Source of the DNA: Candidatus Nealsonbacteria bacterium | GTDB taxonomy: Bacteria; Patescibacteriota; Minisyncoccia; Minisyncoccales; RBG-13-42-11 | DNA length: 64,000 nt | Direction: 5' to 3' | Assembly: GCA_019923625.1 (NCBI GenBank) | Contig: JAHXGN010000001.1 | Location: forward strand, 8,939 to 72,938 | The notes under the pieces: model-generated | The model's database searches: none | The model's input: only the letters and a program-made list of their open reading frames with translations | What the model was told of the DNA's origin: nothing | In this document: positions 9,176 to 17,427 of the stretch, piece by piece | How the letters are laid out: every line of letters begins with the position of its first letter | Position numbering within the stretch: the first letter of the stretch is position 1 | Program-made: the position numbers and the translations under genes

Positions 9176-9760
9176 TTAAGAAATCTTAAAATATTCTCTT
9201 AACCCCTTATCCCCTCCAATATCTTCGCAAACAATCAATCTCATTTCTCTTTTGCTTAAACCAAAGAAACTTCTTAAAAGCTCAATCTCATCGCGGCAAT
9301 CAAAAGGATAAAGCCAAACACTTTTTTGTAATGGGTAAAAACCTAATTCTTTTAATTTACCTCGAAAGACCTCTCGATAAAATTTTTTCACTTGAGAAAT
9401 ATCAAAAATTACTAATCTCCATTTTCCATCCCACCTTTTGGGTCTTTTAATTCTTAAAGCATCTATTTGCATCCAACCCGCTAATTTCTTTCCCTCCTTA
9501 GTCAGATGGATATAGATTTGATTTTTTACTATTTCTATATCAAGACAACCCTGTTTCTGTAATCTTTTAAATGCGTCGGTTATTTTTCTTTTTTTATACT
9601 TTTTATACTTTTTCCAACGTTTTATTTCTCGGATTATATTTATCCCAAAATACGGAGAAGTAGCCGCGACGCAAATCATACCGGTTGTAGCTAACGTCAA
9701 AAGCACATCTTTAATAATTTCTGATTTTGGTTTTCTAAGATAATACTTGTATTTTGTCAT
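9176..9760 (-). CDS. PaaX-like protein (winged helix plus Cas2-like/PaaX central domain)
   Basis: LTKEGK...WDGKWRLVIFDI...FRGKLKELGFYPLQKSVW. Confidence 0.8.
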   Translation of the reverse strand: MTKYKYYLRKPKSEIIKDVLLTLATTGMICVAATSPYFGINIIREIKRWKKYKKYKKRKITDAFKRLQKQGCLDIEIVKNQIYIHLTKEGKKLAGWMQIDALRIKRPKRWDGKWRLVIFDISQVKKFYREVFRGKLKELGFYPLQKSVWLYPFDCRDEIELLRSFFGLSKREMRLIVCEDIGGDKGLREYFKIS

Positions 9761-9800
9761 AACCTAAATATCTCCCGCTCTCTTTTTTTTCCTTTACCTT

Positions 9801-9832
9801 ACCACTTAACAAGCCATGGCAGATTAAGTGGT
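9801..9832. repeat. 32-bp palindrome upstream of the PaaX-like gene
   Basis: ACCACTTAACAAGCCATGGCAGATTAAGTGGT. Confidence 0.9.
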
Positions 9833-9870
9833 AGTGGTGATAAGGGGAGATAAGGGGAATTGGAGCTTTT

Positions 9871-11301
9871 CTATTGCTGGAGGTCTAATGAGTCGAGGTT
9901 TACGTTTATTTTTGAATTCCAATCTATTTCTTCGTAACGATGGAGGAGTTCTTTAATATAATTCTTCAGGAAATTGTAGCAGTCTTTCGTTTTCGCTTCA
10001 AATTTGATTGTTAGATAGGGGCCGTTTTGGGAATAACGGATGACAAACATACCGTCTTTTAATTCAAGCCGCACTCCGTCCCCCGCCCGTTCATCATCAA
10101 TCACTCGGGCATCAGGAAAATCTTTTTTAAGTACCGGCCCAATTTTTGCCATCAAAACAACTTTTTTATCGTCGGCACAGAAAATTTTTATTTCCGGACT
10201 GGAAATGTATTTTGGCAAACCGGCAATTGCTTCTGATAATGTTTTTTTAGACCGAGAGAGATAGTTCAGAAGCGCCAATGTTGAATAACAGCCGTCATCG
10301 TGAGGATAAAATTTGTCTAAAAAATAAAAGTGGCCGGATAACTCTCCGGCAAAAGCCGCTTTTTCTTTTTGGGCTTTGGCTTTAATAAAAGAGTGGCCAG
10401 TCCGCCACATAAGAGGTTCACCCCTTTTAGCCAAAATTACGTCCTCAACCATTTTGGAACAAAGGGTATTGAAGACAATTTTGGCTCCCGGATTTCTATC
10501 CAGGACATCCATGGCAAAAAGAGCCACCAACACATCATTCCATAATATATTTCCTCTCCCGTCAACCACGCCAATCCGGTCACCGTCAGAATCGTAAGAA
10601 AAACCCAAGTCAGCTTTTTCTTCCAATATCTTTTCTGATAATCTTTCAGCCACTTTTTTTTCAGTCGGGTCAGGAGTGCCTATCGGGAAACTGCCGTCTA
10701 TTTGACAATGGCTGCGCACAACCTGACAACCGGCTTTTTCCAGAAGTTCGGGCGCAAAAGCGCCGGCCGTAGAATGGCTGGGGTCAATGACCACTTTAAA
10801 TTTAAAAGGCAGATGGAATCTTTTGATTAAATCTCTGAGATATGCTTCTTTGATGTCTTGTTTTTTTAGTTTGCCCTTTCCCTGAACGAACTGACCATTT
10901 TGGGCTATCTGGCGCAGTTCTTCAATTTCTTCTGTGACCATGGTGCTGGAAAAACCGGTGCCGAATTTGAAACCATTGTAATTTACCGGATTGTGAGAGC
11001 CGGAAACGGAAACGCATCCTGGCGCTTTAAAATAATATTGGGCCCAATAAATGTTGCCGACCAGCGCCAAGCCGATGTCAATAACGTCAATGCCGGAAAA
11101 AAGCAGTCCTTTTATTATTGCCTGACTGTAAGACGGACTGGTCAGCCGGCAATCATAACCGACCACTGCTTTTTTAATTCCTCTCTTTCTTAGAAAAGTG
11201 CCGTAAGCCCTTCCTAAATGTTCAACGATTTCTGGATTTAAATCTTTATCCGCTTCGCCCCGCACATCATAACCCCGAAATATAAAAGGGTTGATTTTCA
11301 T
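9871..11301 (-). CDS. Phosphomannomutase/phosphoglucomutase
   Basis: FRGYDVRG, SGSHNP, DSDGDR, GELSGH. Confidence 0.95.
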   Translation of the reverse strand: MKINPFIFRGYDVRGEADKDLNPEIVEHLGRAYGTFLRKRGIKKAVVGYDCRLTSPSYSQAIIKGLLFSGIDVIDIGLALVGNIYWAQYYFKAPGCVSVSGSHNPVNYNGFKFGTGFSSTMVTEEIEELRQIAQNGQFVQGKGKLKKQDIKEAYLRDLIKRFHLPFKFKVVIDPSHSTAGAFAPELLEKAGCQVVRSHCQIDGSFPIGTPDPTEKKVAERLSEKILEEKADLGFSYDSDGDRIGVVDGRGNILWNDVLVALFAMDVLDRNPGAKIVFNTLCSKMVEDVILAKRGEPLMWRTGHSFIKAKAQKEKAAFAGELSGHFYFLDKFYPHDDGCYSTLALLNYLSRSKKTLSEAIAGLPKYISSPEIKIFCADDKKVVLMAKIGPVLKKDFPDARVIDDERAGDGVRLELKDGMFVIRYSQNGPYLTIKFEAKTKDCYNFLKNYIKELLHRYEEIDWNSKINVNLDSLDLQQ

Positions 11302-11325
11302 ATTTAATTATTGTATCATATTAAT

Positions 11326-12372
11326 ATGTCTTTTTCAGTAGGTATAGTTGGTTTGCCCAATGTTGGCAAATCAACCCTATTTAAAGCGCTAACCAAAAAC
11401 AAGGTTGATATTGCCTCTTACCCTTTTACCACCATTCATCCCAATGTAGGGGTGGTTCCTGTTCCTGATGAAAGATTGGAAAAAATAGCTGAAATTATCA
11501 AGCCGGAGAAAATTACTCCGACTATTATTGAATTTATTGATATTGCTGGTTTAGTTAGGGGCGCTCATAAAGGAGAAGGATTGGGTAACCAATTCCTATC
11601 TCAGATTAGAAATTGTGACGCTATTTTGGAAGTAGTCAGGGTTTTTGAAGCGCCAGGGGTTGAAAATGTTTTGGGTGAGATTAACCCTGAGGAAGAAATT
11701 GAAATTATCAAAACAGAATTATTAATGAAGGACTTAGAAACCTTAGAAGGATTACTTCAGAAAATAGAAAAAGAAGTAAAAAAGAATAAAAAATTCTTGA
11801 AAAAATTCGAATTTTTAAAAAAGATAAAAGGGAGTGTCTCTCGGGGAAAAATGATTGGCGATACAAATTTAGACGATAAAGAAAAATTAGAAATCAGAAA
11901 GTATCAGTTTTTAACGGCTAAACCGATTTTCTACCTGTTAAATCTTGACGAAAAAAGCGGTTATTCAAAAAATGGTGTTGAATCTTTAATTAAACATTTG
12001 GCGATGAACTTAAAAGAGGAAGAAGAAATCTCGGAACTTTCAGAAATTGAGAAAAAAGAATTGCAATTAGAGTCAAAACTTGACCAATTAATTCTAAATT
12101 GCTATAATCTTCTTGATTTAATCACTTTTTTCACTGTTGCCGGCTTAAAAGAAACTCGCGCCTGGACTTTAAAAAAGGGGTTGAAAGCAGTTGATGCCAG
12201 TAAACTGGTTCATACCGATTTTAAGGAAAAATTCATTAAAGCAGAAGTCCTTAATTGGCAAAAATTAATTGAAGCCGGTAATTGGCATAAAGCAAGAGAA
12301 ATGGGTTGGCTTAAAACCGTTGGCCGAGATTATATTGTTCAAGACGGCCAGATAATAGAATTTAAAATATAA
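11326..12372 (+). CDS. ychF: Obg-family ATPase YchF
   Basis: GIVGLPNVGKSTLF, DIAGLVRGAHKGEGLGNQFL; ATG at 11326. Confidence 0.95.
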   Translation: MSFSVGIVGLPNVGKSTLFKALTKNKVDIASYPFTTIHPNVGVVPVPDERLEKIAEIIKPEKITPTIIEFIDIAGLVRGAHKGEGLGNQFLSQIRNCDAILEVVRVFEAPGVENVLGEINPEEEIEIIKTELLMKDLETLEGLLQKIEKEVKKNKKFLKKFEFLKKIKGSVSRGKMIGDTNLDDKEKLEIRKYQFLTAKPIFYLLNLDEKSGYSKNGVESLIKHLAMNLKEEEEISELSEIEKKELQLESKLDQLILNCYNLLDLITFFTVAGLKETRAWTLKKGLKAVDASKLVHTDFKEKFIKAEVLNWQKLIEAGNWHKAREMGWLKTVGRDYIVQDGQIIEFKI

Positions 12373-12374
12373 TT

Positions 12375-12779
12375 ATGAAACATTACGAATTAGCTTATCT
12401 TATTTCAGCCAATCTTTCGCCAGAAGAAATAAGGGTTTTACAACAAAAAATAAGTTCTTTTATTCAGAAAAAGAGGGAGGGCTCAGAAGATTCAAATGAA
12501 ATTAAGGCTCCAATTAAAAAAATTTTGGCCTATCCCATTAAAAAAGAAAAAGAATGTTGGTTCGCGGTTTTAAATTTTAATTTAAATCCAGAAAAATTAA
12601 TTGATTTGGAAAAAAATCTAAAAAACGAAAAAGCAATTCTTCGTTATTTAATATTAGCCAAACCACCTTCTAAAGAAGTTAAATATATTAAATCGCCTCG
12701 TTTAATAAAATCTAAACCAAAAAAGGTTGAACTAAAAGAAATTGAAAAAAAATTAGAAGAGATTTTGGCTGAGACCTAA
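12375..12779 (+). CDS. rpsF: 30S ribosomal protein S6
   Basis: MKHYELAYLI...LAYPIKK...ILRYLI; rpsF-ssb-rpsR synteny. Confidence 0.9.
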   Translation: MKHYELAYLISANLSPEEIRVLQQKISSFIQKKREGSEDSNEIKAPIKKILAYPIKKEKECWFAVLNFNLNPEKLIDLEKNLKNEKAILRYLILAKPPSKEVKYIKSPRLIKSKPKKVELKEIEKKLEEILAET

Positions 12780-12838
12780 ATCTCTTGGCTATTGCTCAAA
12801 AAGTCGAATAAAATTCAATAAAATAATTTGAAAAAACC

Positions 12839-13402
12839 GTGAATTTAAATAAAATTTTTCTTATCGGAAGACTAACTCGAGACCCCCAGATTAAATCTCT
12901 TCCTTCGGGCCAGCAAGTTTCTACTTTTGGCTTGGCTACCGATCGATTTTTTAATGATAAATCCGGTCAAAAACAACAGAAAGTTGAGTTTCATAACATT
13001 GTTTTGTTTGGCAGATTAGCCGAGATTGCCTCTCAATATTTAACCAAAGGTGGGTTGGTTTTTATTGAAGGAAGAATTCAAACCAGAAGCTGGCAGGATA
13101 GTTCCGGTAATCAAAGAACAAGAACTGAAGTTGTGGCTGAAAGAATTCAACTTGGACCAAGAACAGCTTTGAAACAAATGCCGGAAAAAGAAATAGTTGA
13201 TGAAGATAAATCTTCTTCTCCACCCCTGGCTACGGCTCAGGAGGTCGAAGAGGATAAATCCTCTTCTCCACCCTTGGCTAAGGCTCAGGTAGTCGATGAA
13301 GATAAATCTTCTTCTCCGCCCTTCGCTGCGGCTCAGGTAAAAGAGGAAGAAATTCCGATTATTGAAGAGGACGAAATTGACGTAAAAGATATCCCGTTCT
13401 AA
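12839..13402 (+). CDS. ssb: Single-stranded DNA-binding protein with in-frame repeat insertion
   Basis: NKIFLIGRLTRDP, IEGRIQTRSW, C-terminal DIPF. Confidence 0.97.
   Translation: MNLNKIFLIGRLTRDPQIKSLPSGQQVSTFGLATDRFFNDKSGQKQQKVEFHNIVLFGRLAEIASQYLTKGGLVFIEGRIQTRSWQDSSGNQRTRTEVVAERIQLGPRTALKQMPEKEIVDEDKSSSPPLATAQEVEEDKSSSPPLAKAQVVDEDKSSSPPFAAAQVKEEEIPIIEEDEIDVKDIPF
13194..13339. repeat. Family B coding palindromic element, 3 x 48 nt in ssb
   Basis: GAAGATAAATCTTC and GAGGATAAATCCTC hairpins (compensatory change) followed by CCCTTCGCTGCGGCTCAGG-like arm. Confidence 0.92.
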
Positions 13403-13403
13403 A

Positions 13404-13520
13404 AATTTCTAATTTCTAATTTCTAATCAAATCCCAATGACTAATGACAAAATGACTAAAAAAATAATTAGGCATTGGGCATTGATTAGACATTAGGTCA
13501 ATTAGGTTAATTAGTCATTT
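13404..13520. repeat. Family C heptamer-based inverted repeat
   Basis: (AATTTCT)n..(CTAATGA)n..(CATTAG)n; near-identical copy at 20841-20955. Confidence 0.88.
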
Positions 13521-13525
13521 TAGCT

Positions 13526-13723
13526 ATGTTTTGCTATTTTTGTCAAAAAAATATTCAAGAAATTGATTTCAAAGATGAAGAGCTTCTTTCCCGATTTCTT
13601 TCCGGTTCGGCTAAAATCAAGCCCAGAAAAAAAACCGGTATTTGCGCCGGTCATCAAAGAAAATTTTCTCAAGCAATAAAAAGAGCCAGATATTTAGGAT
13701 TGTTGCCCTATACTTTAAAATAA
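13526..13723 (+). CDS. rpsR: 30S ribosomal protein S18 (Zn-binding type)
   Basis: CYFC...IDFKD...KIKPRKKTGICAGHQR...AIKRARYLGLLPY. Confidence 0.96.
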   Translation: MFCYFCQKNIQEIDFKDEELLSRFLSGSAKIKPRKKTGICAGHQRKFSQAIKRARYLGLLPYTLK

Positions 13724-13735
13724 AATTTCGGGTTT

Positions 13736-14731
13736 TTAAATATTCTTGGTTATTGCTTCTCTTATCTTTTCAAGGGTTTCTGGATTTTCTCTCAAAAAAG
13801 TCCTACTGGCTTCCATTCCCTGACCAAGTTTTGTATTTTCATATTGCAACCAGGAACCGGATTTCTTAATAACTCCGTATTTTAAGCCGGTATTTATAAT
13901 ATCGCTATATTGGGAAATTCCCTCATTGTAATAAATATCAAATTCGGTGACTTTAAAAGGGGCGGCCACTTTATTTTTGACGATTTTGGCTTTGATTCGG
14001 CTGCCGATAATTTCATCTCCGTGCTTTATTTGACCTATTCTTCTTAATTCTATTCTGAGCGAAGAATAAAACTTTAAAGCCAAACCACCGGACGTAGTTT
14101 CCGGATTGCCGAACATCACTCCTATTTTCATTCGGGTCTGGTTCAAAAAAATAACCACTGTTTTTGTCTTGGAAATTATACCGGAAAGCTTTCTTAATGC
14201 TTGACTCATTAAGCGGGCTTGAAGCCCGATTTGAAACTCGCCAATCTCTCCTTCAATTTCCGTTTTTGGAGTTAAGGCGGCCACCGAATCAACAACAATA
14301 ACATCAATTTCTCCGGACTTGACCAATGTTTCCACAATTTGAAGAGCTTCTTCGCCCGAATCGGGTTGAGAAATTAAAAGGTCATCTATATTAACTCCGA
14401 TTTTCTTTGCCCAATCCGGGTCTAAGGCATGTTCGGCATCAACAAAAGCCACTGCTCCCCCTTTCTTTTGAGCTTCTGCTAAAATATGAAGGGCCAAGCT
14501 TGTCTTGCCGCTGCCTTCCTGACCATAAATTTCAATTACTCTCCCCCTCGGCACCCCGCCCACCCCTAAAGCCAAGTCCAAAGAAATTGAACCGGTGGGA
14601 ATGACATCAACATCAACCGCCCTTACTTCGTTCAATTTCATTATTGCTCCTTCGCCAAATCTTTGTTTTATCTCTTCAATTGTTTCTTGAAGGTCTCCTT
14701 TTTCAGTTTGAGATTTTTTTTGTTTTACCAT
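13736..14731 (-). CDS. recA: Recombinase A
   Basis: [44 protein letters not shown]. Confidence 0.98.
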   Translation of the reverse strand: MVKQKKSQTEKGDLQETIEEIKQRFGEGAIMKLNEVRAVDVDVIPTGSISLDLALGVGGVPRGRVIEIYGQEGSGKTSLALHILAEAQKKGGAVAFVDAEHALDPDWAKKIGVNIDDLLISQPDSGEEALQIVETLVKSGEIDVIVVDSVAALTPKTEIEGEIGEFQIGLQARLMSQALRKLSGIISKTKTVVIFLNQTRMKIGVMFGNPETTSGGLALKFYSSLRIELRRIGQIKHGDEIIGSRIKAKIVKNKVAAPFKVTEFDIYYNEGISQYSDIINTGLKYGVIKKSGSWLQYENTKLGQGMEASRTFLRENPETLEKIREAITKNI

Positions 14732-14739
14732 CTTTTTTA

Positions 14740-14768
14740 AAGATATAATTTTAAATGATAATTGTCAA
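14740..14768 (-). promoter_or_regulatory. Putative sigma70 promoter of recA (near-leaderless)
   Basis: TTGACA-17 nt-TATCTT, 8 nt before the ATG. Confidence 0.55.
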
Positions 14769-14910
14769 AATGAAAACGTTGAATGATTACCTTTTTTAAG
14801 AAATTTATCACCGGTTTGACCCCCGCTAATCTTATAGATAGAGGACGGGCCTCTATCCAGCTCTTGGGAATAGAGAATTATTCAACACTCTCAAAATATT
14901 AAATTAGTCA

Positions 14911-17151
14911 TTAAACTTTTTGCCATCCATCTTCCCCTTCTTGATCCCCTTCTTGAGGGTCAATAGGGGGGAATGAAGATTTATCTTCATCTAACGACTC
15001 AAAATAAACCTCTCTTGGTTTGGCGCCGTCAGCCGGCCCAACAAGTCCTTTTTTTTCTAAAATATCAAGGAGTCGAGCCGCCCGGGCATAACCAATTCTT
15101 AATCTTCTTTGCAATAAAGAAGCAGAGGCCTTTCTAGCTTCAATTATTATTTTTTTTGCTTCCTCATAAAGAGGGTCATTTTCCCAAAAGTCATCCTTTT
15201 CATTTCCTGAAAATTGTAAGTCCCGACCCAAATCCTTAGTCAATTCATTTTCTAAAATTTTTTCCTCAAATTTAAATTCATCTCCCCTGCTTTTTAATTT
15301 TAACCAATTAACCACTTTTTTTACCTCTTTTTCCGAAACATAAGAGGCCTGTATTCTTTTGGGTTTGGCGGTTTCAGCCGAAGCATAAAGTAAATCACCG
15401 GCTCCTAAAAGTTTTTCCGCTCCGGCCATATCCAAAACCGTCCGGGAATCAACCTGAGAAGCAACTTGAAAAGTAATTCTGGAAGTAATATTGGCTTTAA
15501 TCAAACCGGTGATGACTTCCACCGAAGGTCTTTGGGTGGCAACCACTAAATGAATGCCAACTGCTCTGGACATCTGGGCCAGCCGGATAATACCGGCTTC
15601 TACTTCCCTGCCTTTGGCCGCCATCAAATCCGCTAATTCGTCAACAATTACGACAATATAAGGAAGAACCGGAATTTCTTCTTTAAAAGCTATTTCATTG
15701 TAACCCCTGATATTTTTGGTTTTAGATTGAGACAAAATTTCAAACCTTCTTTCCATTTCGGAAACCAGCCAGGAAAAAGCATTTACTGTTTTTTGGGCAT
15801 TGTAAATTACCGGAGATAAAAGATGGGGAATATCGTTGTAGACCGGAAACTCCACTCTTTTTGGGTCAATTAAAATAAATCTTAAAATTTCCGGCTGTCC
15901 CCCAAAATGATTGAAATTGGTTGGCGGCCGAAAAAGCAAACTTAAAATCAAAGAGTTTAGAAAAATTGTTTTGCCCGTGCCCGTACTGCCTGCCACCAGA
16001 AGATGGGGCATTTTGGCCAAATCGGCATAAACTGGATTTCCGGAAACATCTCGACCCAAAACAATCATTAAATTAGATAGTCCTTCCTGAAAAATCCTGT
16101 TTTCAATTAAATTTCTCAATTTGACTTGGGCCCTTTGTTTATTGGGTATTTCAATCCCGACTACCGATCTTCCGGGAATAGGAGCTTCAATTCTAATTGG
16201 ATGACTGGCTAAAGCCAAAGCCAAATCATTGGAGAGGGTGGTTATTTTTGAAAGTTTTATTCCTTCGGCCGGTTTTAAAGTATATTGAGTAACGGTCGGA
16301 CCGATATTAACTTCTGACATTTCAACCGGAATATCAAAATTTTGTAATGTTTTTTTAATAATGGCTGAATTTAATCCGATATCGCCGCTATTAGGAATTT
16401 CGGTTTCAGGCTCTAATAAATCTAAGGAAGGAGCCTGATATTCGGAGGTCTTTAATTGGATTAATGGTTTTGTTTTCAGCTCAACCGGTTTTAATTCAAC
16501 TCCAGTCCTTACCTCCTCTCTGGGTTGGGCTAGCGGTAGAATTTCTTTTATTTTAAACTTCGGTTCTGGCTGCTTGATTATTTTTTTGACTAATTTATTA
16601 ATCAAACTTTGCTTTTTTTCAATCTTTCCTTTTTCCAACTTATCTTTTTCCAACAAGGGCGGAAAAAATAAATACCAAAAAATCAAAACAGCTATAAAGA
16701 AAAAACCGGTTAAAACCAATTGGGTTACCCAAAAACCGAAAATTTTAAGAAAAGGACGGCTAAAATAACCGATATATCCGCCGATCCGATATCCTGGTCT
16801 TAAACATTCCAAAGTTCCTGAAATAGAAAAAATAAAAAAAAGAATGGCTAAAAGAAACAGCCCCCAAAATTTTTTTTCTTTACTATAAAAAAACAACAAT
16901 CCGCCTATGGCTAAAAACAAGGGAAAAATGAAAATCGTTCCTCCAATCAAAAAATAAATATTTTTAACTAAAAACTCTCCACCCGGACCAGCCAAATTGA
17001 AAAAAGAAAGGATTAAAATTAGAGCCAGCAAAAACATCAAAATCACTACCATCCATTTTTTAATGTTTTGGGGTAAAATAAAAAGAGAAAATCTTTTTTC
17101 TTTTGAATTTTTGAGAAGTATTTTTTTTGGCTTTTTATTTTTATTGGGCAT
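14911..17151 (-). CDS. ftsK: DNA translocase FtsK
   Basis: N-terminal TMs, PHLLVAGSTGTGKT, VDELADLM, ATQRPSV, gamma domain LQRRLRIGYARAARL; ATG at 17151. Confidence 0.97.
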   Translation of the reverse strand: MPNKNKKPKKILLKNSKEKRFSLFILPQNIKKWMVVILMFLLALILILSFFNLAGPGGEFLVKNIYFLIGGTIFIFPLFLAIGGLLFFYSKEKKFWGLFLLAILFFIFSISGTLECLRPGYRIGGYIGYFSRPFLKIFGFWVTQLVLTGFFFIAVLIFWYLFFPPLLEKDKLEKGKIEKKQSLINKLVKKIIKQPEPKFKIKEILPLAQPREEVRTGVELKPVELKTKPLIQLKTSEYQAPSLDLLEPETEIPNSGDIGLNSAIIKKTLQNFDIPVEMSEVNIGPTVTQYTLKPAEGIKLSKITTLSNDLALALASHPIRIEAPIPGRSVVGIEIPNKQRAQVKLRNLIENRIFQEGLSNLMIVLGRDVSGNPVYADLAKMPHLLVAGSTGTGKTIFLNSLILSLLFRPPTNFNHFGGQPEILRFILIDPKRVEFPVYNDIPHLLSPVIYNAQKTVNAFSWLVSEMERRFEILSQSKTKNIRGYNEIAFKEEIPVLPYIVVIVDELADLMAAKGREVEAGIIRLAQMSRAVGIHLVVATQRPSVEVITGLIKANITSRITFQVASQVDSRTVLDMAGAEKLLGAGDLLYASAETAKPKRIQASYVSEKEVKKVVNWLKLKSRGDEFKFEEKILENELTKDLGRDLQFSGNEKDDFWENDPLYEEAKKIIIEARKASASLLQRRLRIGYARAARLLDILEKKGLVGPADGAKPREVYFESLDEDKSSFPPIDPQEGDQEGEDGWQKV

Positions 17152-17221
17152 TATTGAACATTTGATTTTATAATACCACATTTTAAAGGGTAAAGTTCGA
17201 TTTCCCGGACCGATTTCAGAA

Positions 17222-17364
17222 GTGAGGCAATAAGTTTCAAGGCAGCTTTCGCAGGCTTGTTGGCATGGTTCCCGAACAAAGTGAGGGACAACAAGCCGAG
17301 AACGCAGGCTGTAAAATCTCGCTGGGATTTTAACAGCCGGTGACTTGAAACTTGATTGCTGAGC
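17222..17364. repeat. Family A structured element, copy 1
   Basis: GTGAGGCAA...TTCGCAG[stem]CGAGAA...[stem, GCTG loop]...TTGCTGAGC. Confidence 0.88.
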
Positions 17365-17427
17365 TTCTGATGCTTTAAGCTAAATTACGAACAAATAGGT
17401 CCGTTTTTCAGACTTTACCCTTTTAAA

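Noticed and set aside
9176-9760. Calling this gene cas2 of a CRISPR system together with the Cas4-like gene
   Set aside because: It has the wHTH plus WDGKW PaaX architecture, lies about 19 kb from the Cas4-like gene, and there is no cas1 or array.
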